64,000 nt of DNA from Draconibacterium sp. (GTDB taxonomy: Bacteria > Bacteroidota > Bacteroidia > Bacteroidales > Prolixibacteraceae), in contig DAOPKR010000001.1 in assembly GCA_035391305.1 (NCBI GenBank), positions 37,290 to 101,289 on the forward strand, in the 5' to 3' direction. The notes beneath the pieces are model-generated. The model worked only from the letters and a program-made list of their open reading frames with translations, did no database searches and had not been told where the DNA came from. Below are positions 10,261 through 19,857 of this stretch, in pieces (position 1 is the first letter of the stretch; the number at the start of each line of letters is the position of its first letter). The position numbers and the translations under genes were made by a program.

Positions 10261-10291
10261 TAATATTGACAACAATGAAAACAACAAATTT

Positions 10292-11182
10292 TCAGGATTG
10301 TGCATAAGCACCTGCAAACACCGGCGCCCAATCTTCAAGTTTAATTTTTCCAAATTCTGAAGGTTTATTTTTCCTGTAATCTGCGTCCATTTCGCCACTT
10401 CGCATTGCTGCACCCATTTCGGTATAATTTTTAGCAATTTCCATAGGAACACCTGCCTGCAGCATGCCATTCAAAGTATCTTCATCAGTAAAATTCACCC
10501 ATGGAATTTCTGGTTTGCCAATTGCTTTGCCCAAAATTGAACTAATCTCGGTAGTTGTTTTTTCGTCGCTGACAATATAAATGATACTTTTCCCCTTAAA
10601 AGATAATCCGAGAAGTTCTTCGGCAGCAACTTCTGCAATATCGTTGGGGTGCACAATAACAAGTGTTGTACCCTCACCGTAATTTCCGCCTGCAATTCCC
10701 ATATTTTTAATCATTCCAATTTGATTCATAAAATTGGGATAGAAAAAACCCGGACGAAGATGCCTGACATTCACTCCATCCAACCCATTTAATGCTTTTT
10801 CAACAAAGTACAATCCACTCACCGGCCCGCAGCCTTCAGGCATGTGAGCACCAATACTGCTCAGGTTAACCACGTTTTTTACCCCTGAATTTTTAATTGC
10901 AGTTGCATAATTCTCACCAATTCCGGCAATATATTCTTTCCAGTTTGTTGCACCAAAATGAGGAGGCACCATCGTGTAAACGGCATCAGAACCGGTAAAA
11001 GTTCTTGTAAGAAACTCCTCATCCTCAACCGAACCAATGGCAGCTGTTGCGCCAATAGCTTCAATTTGAGCAATTTTATCTTCGTCTCTGCTTATCACAG
11101 TTACTTTATGTCCGGCAGAAACTAATTTTTCAGCAACTGGTTTGCTAATGTTTCCCAATGATCCAGTTAAAACATATTTCAT
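10292..11182 (-). CDS. NmrA-like NAD(P)-binding protein (atypical SDR)
   Basis: N-terminal Rossmann YVLTGSLGNIS, VVNLSSIGA, HLRPGFF and VHPNDIA. Confidence 0.88.
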   Translation of the reverse strand: MKYVLTGSLGNISKPVAEKLVSAGHKVTVISRDEDKIAQIEAIGATAAIGSVEDEEFLTRTFTGSDAVYTMVPPHFGATNWKEYIAGIGENYATAIKNSGVKNVVNLSSIGAHMPEGCGPVSGLYFVEKALNGLDGVNVRHLRPGFFYPNFMNQIGMIKNMGIAGGNYGEGTTLVIVHPNDIAEVAAEELLGLSFKGKSIIYIVSDEKTTTEISSILGKAIGKPEIPWVNFTDEDTLNGMLQAGVPMEIAKNYTEMGAAMRSGEMDADYRKNKPSEFGKIKLEDWAPVFAGAYAQS

Positions 11183-11472
11183 ACTTTTCTGTCTTTAATT
11201 TATTCATAGAGTGAACACTTTTTTACGATTAATGTTCAATTGAACGCAAAACAACAAATATTGATATCAAACACTGTAATTTTTTGAATTGCCGTTTTAA
11301 AAACTATTTTATTTGCGGATTCAATGTTATAATCATATGTCTTCATTCGTGATTTTTTTATTGTACTGAAGCCGAAAAAATTTTACTGTTTATTTTCCCT
11401 TTTTAAAAACTCTTGCAAAAGATTTGATTTATTAATTGGTTGACGGAAAATCGCCAGCCAATTTCAGGGTAA

Positions 11473-14400
11473 TTATTGTGATGATTTAAAAGCATTGCTG
11501 TCGAACAGGCGAATAATTCCGGTAATAATTGCCAATCCCCCCGCAAAAATCCCAAATACTTTTTCAATTGAAATACCCTGCGAAATTATAATAAATGCTG
11601 CCAGAGGAACCAAAATAAGTAAGATTAGGTATTTGGCATTGTGCCAGCTACCTTTAAGTCCAAGTTTATATTCTATCGCTTTTACCTCTTTTGCTTTCAT
11701 TTGCTTTATAACAAAGTCGCGAAAATTTTCGGCATAAAAAGCCGGTTCAATGTCGGTAACAATTAATCTTTTATTAATCAGCTTCTGAATCATTGTTTTG
11801 TTTTTCCTGTTTAGCAAACCATCATCAGCCAGATCAAACAAAACAATCTTCTCAAATGAAGTTAAATTAGTCCATATCTTCGAGAACTGTAATTCCAACG
11901 CGGTGCCTGACTGTTCAGAAAGGTATTCATCTTCATCCCTAAGCAACCCTGATTTACTTGATTTTATTTGATTTATATATCCATTAAAATTGAGATATCC
12001 TTCAAATAAACTGTTCCATTTTTTACGCAGCAAATACAACCGGGTGACTTGCTTAGGGCTCAATTCGTTTTCTTCAATATAATCATCGTAAAACTCATTT
12101 ATTAGAGCGATATCGAATGACAAATCGACTATTATTCTTATTTGGTTGCACTGGTTCAATTTTATTAAAAATGACAGTAATTCTTCGTGTTTGCCGATTT
12201 CGTATAAAACCTGGTTAAACCCGCAAACCCAAATTGTTACCGACGAACTTTTTAATATCGGATCACATTGAAATCCCGGTTCTGTAATTTCTGAAACCTG
12301 AATAATTTTCAATTCATTTTTATTACTAACCGATTGATTGAGATATTCTTTTGACTTTGAGAGATAAACTGAACCATTGAATGAATTTAACAGTATTCTT
12401 TTTTCATTGTCGTTCTTAAGAATATCCAGCCATGAAACATTCGGAATTTCAGGTTTTTCCTGGTTCAGATTAAGTAGAACTTTAGCAAGAAATTTAAGTA
12501 AATTCCACACACTAAAACAAATAATCAACAATACAAAAAATACCAGAATTATGTAATTCACAACTGTAAAATACCGTTTGTGGTCAGCATACTTTACTTT
12601 CACTGCGCCCGAATGTTCACCTTTTTTAAAGTATAAAGTGTCATTACTGAATTTTGAAACCACATATTCAGTTTGAGTTGTCAGCTTGGGTTTGTTATAC
12701 CAGTTTGTGATTGGGTCGGGAAGAAAATCATAAACCTGTTCTGCAATTCCTGAACTTTCGATATTTGCAGATTGCAAAGTTTCAAAATTATCAACCTTGT
12801 CGATATATGAAACTTCCATATTGTCAAGTTCATTTCCCTGAGCTCTTTTAAACCAATCGGCTTCATTTTTCCTGTATTCATTTTCAGAATAGAGCTTAAT
12901 ATTGTCGATGCCAACTTTTACGGATTGTTTGAACTGCCATTGCTTTTCCTCCATGTTTTTTACCGAGAAATAATATCTCAAAACAGGAACACCTGAAATA
13001 CTTGTTAAAAACAGGAACAGGAAAATGAGGTAAGTACTTTTACTGTTCAGTGGAATTTTTCTATTCTCCCTGAATATCAGTTTTTGCAGATTTTCTTTTA
13101 CGAAAAATCTATAGTTCGCAATAATAATTGCGATGAGTGAGCCAAATGGTATGATTAGTATCCAACTCAAACCGTCAATAAAAACAAAAACCACAATTAG
13201 AAATATTATTGCCAGAAGAACAAGAAATTCAGTAAAAAAGTCGAACCAGGCTGTTTCTATTTTTTCAGTATCGGTAATGTTCAAAAATACCATTGATATG
13301 AATAGGGTAAAAGTTAAGAAAATGAGTTGGTAAACAAATTGCGAAATTGGATTATCAGCAAACAAAAAACCAAACAACTGAAATACAACCAGCACCGATA
13401 ATATGGATGACAGTTTCTTGTAAATTAAATGCTTGCGGGGTTTAAGTACGAGCCAGTTCAGAAACCATTTATGTTTTTGTTTTTCATTAAATGCCCGGGT
13501 AATCCATCTTATTATCAGTAATCCAAAAATCATTAAAACAATAGAAACAACTAAAAAATAGAAAGTAATCAGGAATATCCGTGCATTTTTATTGTCTGTC
13601 TGATTTAAATCAAGCAAAGTTATGTGGAAAAATGGGGTGTCTTTAATTGGGATAATTCTGGCCAGCCACTTTTTCTCGTTATATTTTACAATGGTTTCGT
13701 CTTCAGCATTTAAACGTATTGCATTTATCAATCTTAAATCCGATTCACATTCGAGAACAAAGTTTTCGTGCAGGTTTTTTTCCTGAATTGAATGGTATAA
13801 AACCCTGCCTGTTTTATTAATTACAACAAATTCAATGTCGTTTGGTAAAACCTGGCTATACAACGATGGTATTTTTGAAGTAATAGCAAGAACAGGCAAT
13901 TCCGGGTTTGTTGTTCGAAATGAAATTGCAGTTTCGTACTTTGCAGTGTTGAATGATTTTATTGATTCAATATAAAAATTTAGGCCATTAGAATTTGGCC
14001 ATGAATTATTGACATTCTCAATATTTTTAAAATACATGCGTTCATTCAGGTTAACTTTAACAATATCGGAAAAGGGAGTGCTTGTATAAGCCTTTTTAAC
14101 AATACCCTCTTTGTCAATTGAAATAATTTCGTTTAACGGAAAAGGACTGCTCATATTACTATCGCGGGTAAAGGTAACAGAGTCAAAAGCGGAAATAACA
14201 TTATTTGCCAATTTTGAAGATCCCTGTTTTTCGGCCTTTACAATTGCTTTACCCAATGTTTTTATTGAATCAATATCGCGCACAACGTTGGCACAAAGCG
14301 TATCGGAAATAGCATGTATCCGGCGATGCTGGATTGTGGTATCAACAAACTGTTTTTTTGAAAATGCTATTATCAACAGTAAAAATAACCCGATTCCAAA

Positions 14401-15381
14401 CAACATGGAAATGGCGTTATTAGTGGCATCACGGGCTTTCAGACGTTCTCTGTCATCGATAAAAAATATTTTTAGAACCGGCATTCCTGCAAATACCAGC
14501 ATTAATATTGCAGCAATAAACATTAACAATTGTTTATTGATTGTTCTGGTTTTGTTCTGGTAATCAACGTCGGGAATAAAGCCGGCAATACAAAATCTTT
14601 TGCCTGCAAAATCAACCGGAAGAATCATCACATGCTTGTCTCTGCCACTGATGTTTAATTTCTGATAAACACCGCCCTGCTGCCTTGCTGCACTGTCGCA
14701 CAGAGCTTTTGGATTATTAATATCAGCCAGATTACCGGGTTTTGAATTATAATAAACTTTCGACGTGTCAAACAAAATGATATTTTCAAAAAGCCCATCA
14801 AATTTTAAGTTCTGCATAAAATCGCTGATCGGAACTTCGTATAAAAAATTCTTTTTTAAAATTAGCGCGATAGTTGTGTCTTTTGTATTGCTCCGATAAA
14901 ATTTTTCAAACTCAGAAGCCAATCCCGGATCACTGTTATTAAACCTGAAACGTAGCTGAAGCCCCTTTTTTGCGACATTATTTACCTGTGTTGAATCGTT
15001 TTTAACCTCAAAAGTATAAACATACGGCTGAAGGCCTTTTAATACATTTTCCAACTTCACAGCTTTATCAACATCAGTTTCATTTATATTCTTTTTTACA
15101 ATTAATCCCGAATTGATAAGGTACTTGATTGAATAAAAAAAGCCGTAATTCCGAAAATGGGTTTCGAAATACTTGTGTTTATCCAGTATATTACTTCCAT
15201 ATTCATTCAAAATACGGAACCCTTTTTGCTGAAGTTGAGCTTCTTTTTTTGGTATATAAATAAAGAAATATGCAAAATACATAAACAGAAAGGCGAGGAT
15301 AACAACAATCCACCCTAAATAATTTACATTTCTGAAAATCTTTGGTTTATTCATACTGCTTGATTTATAATGGTAAACCAA
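11473..15381 (-). CDS. Large multi-pass membrane protein with Cache-like sensor domain(s) and C-terminal degenerate P-loop/winged-helix region
   Basis: 1302-aa ORF with about 12 hydrophobic segments. Cache-like motifs IISIDKEG, NLNERMYFK, FYIESIKS and VVINKTGRVLYHS. C-terminal IWTNLTSFEKIVLFDLADDGLLN...LINKRLI. Alternative start ATG 15354. Confidence 0.75.
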   Translation of the reverse strand: MVYHYKSSSMNKPKIFRNVNYLGWIVVILAFLFMYFAYFFIYIPKKEAQLQQKGFRILNEYGSNILDKHKYFETHFRNYGFFYSIKYLINSGLIVKKNINETDVDKAVKLENVLKGLQPYVYTFEVKNDSTQVNNVAKKGLQLRFRFNNSDPGLASEFEKFYRSNTKDTTIALILKKNFLYEVPISDFMQNLKFDGLFENIILFDTSKVYYNSKPGNLADINNPKALCDSAARQQGGVYQKLNISGRDKHVMILPVDFAGKRFCIAGFIPDVDYQNKTRTINKQLLMFIAAILMLVFAGMPVLKIFFIDDRERLKARDATNNAISMLFGIGLFLLLIIAFSKKQFVDTTIQHRRIHAISDTLCANVVRDIDSIKTLGKAIVKAEKQGSSKLANNVISAFDSVTFTRDSNMSSPFPLNEIISIDKEGIVKKAYTSTPFSDIVKVNLNERMYFKNIENVNNSWPNSNGLNFYIESIKSFNTAKYETAISFRTTNPELPVLAITSKIPSLYSQVLPNDIEFVVINKTGRVLYHSIQEKNLHENFVLECESDLRLINAIRLNAEDETIVKYNEKKWLARIIPIKDTPFFHITLLDLNQTDNKNARIFLITFYFLVVSIVLMIFGLLIIRWITRAFNEKQKHKWFLNWLVLKPRKHLIYKKLSSILSVLVVFQLFGFLFADNPISQFVYQLIFLTFTLFISMVFLNITDTEKIETAWFDFFTEFLVLLAIIFLIVVFVFIDGLSWILIIPFGSLIAIIIANYRFFVKENLQKLIFRENRKIPLNSKSTYLIFLFLFLTSISGVPVLRYYFSVKNMEEKQWQFKQSVKVGIDNIKLYSENEYRKNEADWFKRAQGNELDNMEVSYIDKVDNFETLQSANIESSGIAEQVYDFLPDPITNWYNKPKLTTQTEYVVSKFSNDTLYFKKGEHSGAVKVKYADHKRYFTVVNYIILVFFVLLIICFSVWNLLKFLAKVLLNLNQEKPEIPNVSWLDILKNDNEKRILLNSFNGSVYLSKSKEYLNQSVSNKNELKIIQVSEITEPGFQCDPILKSSSVTIWVCGFNQVLYEIGKHEELLSFLIKLNQCNQIRIIVDLSFDIALINEFYDDYIEENELSPKQVTRLYLLRKKWNSLFEGYLNFNGYINQIKSSKSGLLRDEDEYLSEQSGTALELQFSKIWTNLTSFEKIVLFDLADDGLLNRKNKTMIQKLINKRLIVTDIEPAFYAENFRDFVIKQMKAKEVKAIEYKLGLKGSWHNAKYLILLILVPLAAFIIISQGISIEKVFGIFAGGLAIITGIIRLFDSNAFKSSQ

Positions 15382-15656
15382 TTTACGGCAAATTGATATT
15401 CAAGTCAATTATTTATTAATATCGTAACAACGGACTTCAGAACCGGCTATTTAATTTATGATATAAACTCAGAAAGAGCAGGTTGGCAAATTGGAAACCG
15501 ACAATCAAAAATTGCAAAAGAAATGAAAATTGTCTTTAAGAGCTTTTGTTAAACTTTTTATATCAACTTTCATTATAAATGAATTGTTTTAATTAAGTTT
15601 TATATTTGAAGGCTTTAAAAAGACAGGTTTAGTATAAAATGTAAATAAATTGTGAT

Positions 15657-16433
15657 ATGAGAATTTTAACAATGTTGATTTTAGTGATGATTTTTTCATC
15701 ATGTGTAAAGAATAAAAACGGACAGATTAACCAGGAGCAGTCAACTGCCGATGGGAAAAGTTTTGAAGTTACCGAAGTAATACAGGGCAGCACCTATACT
15801 TATATTAGGGCAAAAGAAAATAACGGCGAACTATGGATGGCCATATCAAAACAGGAAGTAGAACCAGGTGAAGTGTATTATTACAGCGAAGGTTTACCCA
15901 TGCAAAATTTCCATAGTAAAGAAATCGACCGAACTTTTGATGAGATTTATTTTGTAAGTGCAATCAGCAAAACACCCATTAAAGCAGGTGCAATGGGCGG
16001 AATGGGTTCAGGAGCAATGGGCGGAATGGGAGCAATGGGCGGAAATATGAATGAACCAGCACATTCCGGCAAAGTTAGTACTGAGCAAAACAGTGCTATT
16101 TCCGTTGAAAAGCTGGCAGGCGAAATCACTGTTGCACAGGTTTTTGCCAACAGAAATAATTATTCAGGTAAAGAAATAGAGATAAAAGGTGTTGTGGTGA
16201 AGGTGAACAAGGAAGTGATGGGTAAAAACTGGATCCATATTCAGGATGGCACAAACGATAATGGCAATTACGATTTAACGATAACAAGTGCTGATTTGGC
16301 TGAAGTAAATGACGAAATTACTGTTAGGGGAAAGATTATACTTAACAAGGATTTTGGTTATGGTTATTCGTATGAAGTAATTATGGAAGATGCACAAATA
16401 GTGGAGAAAAAACCGGCAGGTTCAGCAATTTAA
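15657..16433 (+). CDS. NrfJ-like / OB-fold lipoprotein
   Basis: Lipobox FSSC. TYTYI...LWMA...MQNFHSKEIDRTFDEIYFV domain, Gly/Met linker, and C-terminal OB fold GKEIEIKGVVVK...GKNWIHIQDG...KDFGYGY. Confidence 0.72.
   Translation: MRILTMLILVMIFSSCVKNKNGQINQEQSTADGKSFEVTEVIQGSTYTYIRAKENNGELWMAISKQEVEPGEVYYYSEGLPMQNFHSKEIDRTFDEIYFVSAISKTPIKAGAMGGMGSGAMGGMGAMGGNMNEPAHSGKVSTEQNSAISVEKLAGEITVAQVFANRNNYSGKEIEIKGVVVKVNKEVMGKNWIHIQDGTNDNGNYDLTITSADLAEVNDEITVRGKIILNKDFGYGYSYEVIMEDAQIVEKKPAGSAI
15990..16044 (+). repeat. Intragenic direct repeat GCAATGGGCGGAATGGG (2 full copies, 1 partial) encoding AMGGMG
   Basis: Copies at 15990-16006, 16014-16030 and 16032-16044. Confidence 0.85.
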
Positions 16434-16453
16434 AAACGGAGAATTAAAGAAAA

Positions 16454-16490
16454 AAAAGAGGCTGTCCTGGTTAACAGGACAGCCTCTTTT
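16454..16490. terminator. Bidirectional intrinsic terminator
   Basis: Perfect 16-bp stem AAAAGAGGCTGTCCTG / CAGGACAGCCTCTTTT between convergent genes, with A and T tails. Confidence 0.9.
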
Positions 16491-16510
16491 GTTATGTTTA
16501 TTACAAATCC

Positions 16511-17302
16511 TTATTGAACCAAAATTTTAATATTCCGGTACCAAACATCATCGCCATGATCCTGTAAAGCGATTACACCTGATTTTGCCACATTAGCCCA
16601 GTCAGGATTCAATTCAGGAAACTTCGATCCGGCAACAAGTTTGTTCCAGTCATCAGTCCACAAATGGTACTCTAAAACTGTTTCTCCATTCTGACGATGC
16701 CAAACACTTCCTTTAAACACTTCTATTTCAATGCTGTTCCATTCGCCTGCAGGTTTAGCATTTTGAGGAACAGCAGGAATTAAATCATAAAGTGAACCAG
16801 CCATGCGGTTTCCATCTTTCCCGGCACGGGCGTCAGGATGCCTTTCGTTATCCAGCACCTGCATTTCAGGCGCTGTTTTGTAAATTGGCCAATCAGCAAC
16901 TTCCTTACCGAGGTAAAAAATACCAGAGTTTCCGCCTTCAGAAATTTTCCAATCCATTTTCAACCTGAAATTTGAAAATTCTTTCGTAGTGATAATATCG
17001 CCGCCATTTTCTGCGCCTGCTTCACCGGTTCCGGTACCAATACAATGCAGTGTTCCGTCAACAATTTCCCATCCCGAGGGGAAATCAGGCCTGTTATTTC
17101 CACGCCAACCTTCACTTGTTTTTCCGTCGAAAAGTAATACCCAGCCTTCTTCAACTTCAGCTTTTGTCAACTCATTTGGTCCTGCAACTTCTTCAACTGC
17201 TGCACTTTTCTCCTCAGTATTTTCAGCTTTTTTTTGTCCGCTCTGGCACGAAATTGCTAACACAAAAGTTCCCGCCAAAAGAAAAGAAAATAGTTTTTTC
17301 AT
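16511..17302 (-). CDS. DUF1080 (3-keto-disaccharide hydrolase family) lipoprotein
   Basis: Lipobox AISC, GWVLLFDGKT..GW, GGNSGIFY, PEMQVLD, GEWN and IALQDHGD.V.YRNIKI. Confidence 0.9.
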   Translation of the reverse strand: MKKLFSFLLAGTFVLAISCQSGQKKAENTEEKSAAVEEVAGPNELTKAEVEEGWVLLFDGKTSEGWRGNNRPDFPSGWEIVDGTLHCIGTGTGEAGAENGGDIITTKEFSNFRLKMDWKISEGGNSGIFYLGKEVADWPIYKTAPEMQVLDNERHPDARAGKDGNRMAGSLYDLIPAVPQNAKPAGEWNSIEIEVFKGSVWHRQNGETVLEYHLWTDDWNKLVAGSKFPELNPDWANVAKSGVIALQDHGDDVWYRNIKILVQ

Positions 17303-17520
17303 TGTATCAAATTTTTAAAAAAGTTTATTTTAAATGTTTAATTTAATTGAAGATGACGAAGTTACAAAATAATGAAAACCTGTTAATCAAAACAACTGCA
17401 TTTTTTAATAATTAGTTATTGTTTGATTTTCGTTTGATGCAAAACTATCATTTTCGGTTATTCTTTTTTACCTTAGTTACTTCAAGTAAAAAATAATGAT
17501 AATCAAAATAAAAAAGCAAA

Positions 17521-18561
17521 ATGAAAAATTCGGCTAAACCACATAAAATTGGAATATTGACTGCGGGCGGTGACTGCCCTGGATTGAATGCAGCTATCAG
17601 GGGAGTTGGAAAAACAGCTATTGTTGAATACGGAATGGAAGTGCTGGGTTTTAATGCCGGTTATTCGGGGTTGATAAACTGCGATTATATTGAACTAAAA
17701 GAAGCCCAGCTTTCAGGTATTTTAACCCTGGGCGGAACCATTTTAGGAACTTCGCGGGAAAAACCTTTTAAAATTGTTGCCGAGGACGGTTCTGAAAATC
17801 ACAAACCCGAAAAAATTATAGAAACCTATAAAAAACTCAATCTCGATTGTGTGGTTTGTATCGGTGGAAACGGAACCATGAAAACCGCGCATTTATTATC
17901 CCAGGAAGGATTAAATATTATTGGAATACCAAAAACCATTGACAATGATGTTTGGGGAACCGACACTACCTTTGGGTTTGACTCAGCAGTTCAAATTGCC
18001 ACCGATGCCATTGACAGGTTACACTCAACAGCCAACTCGCATCAACGTGTAATGATTATCGAAATTATGGGACACAATGCAGGTTGGCTGGCACTTTATT
18101 CAGGACTGGCAGGCGGGGGCGATATTATTTTGTTGCCCGAAATCCCTTACAATATCCGCTCTGTTTGCAAAAAAATAGAGAAACGGTACGAAGAGAAAAA
18201 ACCTTATTCAATTGTAGTTGTGGCTGAAGGTATTGAACACCCAAAGAACCAAAGTGCAGCAAATTATATGGCAACTACAATAGAAGCAATTACAGGGATT
18301 GAGACCCGCGAAACTGTGTTGGGATACGTTCAGCGCGGAGGAAGCCCCACGCCTATGGACAGAATATTAGCCACCCGATATGGCGCATACGCCACTCAAT
18401 GTATTGCTGAAGGTTGTTTCGGAACAATGGTTGCCATTCGAAAAAATGAACTTACAACAGTTCCACTTGAGGAAGTTGGCGGAAAACTTCGTCTTGTTGA
18501 ACCAGATTTAGGACTAATTCAGAAAGCCCGTAAAATGGGTGTTTCGTTTGGTGACGAATAG
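17521..18561 (+). CDS. pfkA: 6-phosphofructokinase (PfkA family)
   Basis: ILTAGGDCPGLNAAIR, GGTILGTSR, PKTIDND, EIMGH and LGYVQRGG. Confidence 0.93.
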   Translation: MKNSAKPHKIGILTAGGDCPGLNAAIRGVGKTAIVEYGMEVLGFNAGYSGLINCDYIELKEAQLSGILTLGGTILGTSREKPFKIVAEDGSENHKPEKIIETYKKLNLDCVVCIGGNGTMKTAHLLSQEGLNIIGIPKTIDNDVWGTDTTFGFDSAVQIATDAIDRLHSTANSHQRVMIIEIMGHNAGWLALYSGLAGGGDIILLPEIPYNIRSVCKKIEKRYEEKKPYSIVVVAEGIEHPKNQSAANYMATTIEAITGIETRETVLGYVQRGGSPTPMDRILATRYGAYATQCIAEGCFGTMVAIRKNELTTVPLEEVGGKLRLVEPDLGLIQKARKMGVSFGDE

Positions 18562-18615
18562 AAGACAGTTGAATGGTTAGGAAATCAAAAAAGTTCTCAA
18601 ACACCGCCTTTTCTT

Positions 18616-19236
18616 TTACAAAGGTAAATGCACAACTTTTTTGGTTTTAAAAAACTCTTCCCGGAAACAGGTGGACAAATCCTTAATGAAAACATTTCTT
18701 TTAAAGGGTTTTGTTTCTTCCTGCAAATCACCGCCTTTCAAATAAATAATTCCATTGGGCATTGCGTTAATTTGTTTTTCCAAAATATTTTTTCGCACCC
18801 ATGGCACAAATTCGGGGAGACGTGTAACGGCCCGGCTTACCACAAAATCATATTTATCTGTAAGTTGTTCGGCACGGATTTGTTCGGCTGTAACATTTGT
18901 TAAACCTAACGATTCCACAACGCCATTTACCACTTTAATTTTTTTCCCGATGGAATCTATAAGATGAAATTGTACTTCAGGAAACATAATTGCAAGTGGA
19001 ATTCCAGGGAAACCGCCGCCAGTGCCAACATCGAGAATTTTTGTGCCGGCAGTAAAACTAATTAGTTTTGCAATGCCCAGTGAGTGTAAAACATGCCGTT
19101 CGTAAAACTCTGAGAAATCTTTGCGCGAAATAACATTAATTTGTGCATTCCATTCCGCATACAATGGTTCAAGTCGTTCGAAAAGAGCAATTTGTGTTTC
19201 GCTTAGTTTAGGGAAATATTTTAAAATAAGATTCAT
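18616..19236 (-). CDS. rsmG: 16S rRNA m7G527 methyltransferase RsmG
   Basis: WNAQINVISR, HVLHSL, LDVGTGGGFPGIPLAI, DSIGKK, VSRAV and LKG. Confidence 0.96.
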   Translation of the reverse strand: MNLILKYFPKLSETQIALFERLEPLYAEWNAQINVISRKDFSEFYERHVLHSLGIAKLISFTAGTKILDVGTGGGFPGIPLAIMFPEVQFHLIDSIGKKIKVVNGVVESLGLTNVTAEQIRAEQLTDKYDFVVSRAVTRLPEFVPWVRKNILEKQINAMPNGIIYLKGGDLQEETKPFKRNVFIKDLSTCFREEFFKTKKVVHLPL

Positions 19237-19245
19237 TTTGAAAAA

Positions 19246-19857
19246 TTAGAGGTGTTCGTTAAACTCTGTACTTTCTATTAGTTTGAACAGCATTTGGCGG
19301 GCCCTGAACAACTGGGCTTTCACAGTGCCAAGTGGCAAATTTAACTCTTTGGCAATTTCTTCGTATGACAATTCATTAAAATAACGCAACTCAACAAGGG
19401 TTTGATAGTGTGGCTTTAACCGACGGACTACCTTGTGAAGCAAAATGGCCTTCTGCTTTCTGATCAATCTTTCTTCAGGATTCAGATCTTTTGATTTTAG
19501 CCGCATCGTTTCGCTAACCTCACCTTGCTCATTTTCAGCTTCCAACGATATTGTAATACCCTTTTTTTTTCGAAGAAAATCAATACAATTGTTCGAAGCA
19601 ATTTTAAAAAGCCAGGTGCTAAACGCATAAGTTGGAGAATACTGGTGCAGGTTTTTGAATGCTTTTCCGAATGCTTCGAGTGTTAAATCTTCAGCATCAC
19701 TGCGGTTATTTAACATTTTAAGAAGCATGAAATAAATGGTGTCTTTGTAACGGCTTAATAATCGGGCAAAGGCTTTTTCATCGCCTAACAAGGCTTTTTG
19801 CACAAGTTCATAATCTTGCAGTGCCCTTTCCGATAATTTTAAACTTTCACTTTCCAT
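19246..19857 (-). CDS. ECF sigma-70 factor
   Basis: Region 2 DAEDLTLEAFGKA..FSTWLFKIASNNCIDFLRKK; region 4 LSYEEIAKELNLPLGTVKAQLFRAR. Confidence 0.95.
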   Translation of the reverse strand: MESESLKLSERALQDYELVQKALLGDEKAFARLLSRYKDTIYFMLLKMLNNRSDAEDLTLEAFGKAFKNLHQYSPTYAFSTWLFKIASNNCIDFLRKKKGITISLEAENEQGEVSETMRLKSKDLNPEERLIRKQKAILLHKVVRRLKPHYQTLVELRYFNELSYEEIAKELNLPLGTVKAQLFRARQMLFKLIESTEFNEHL

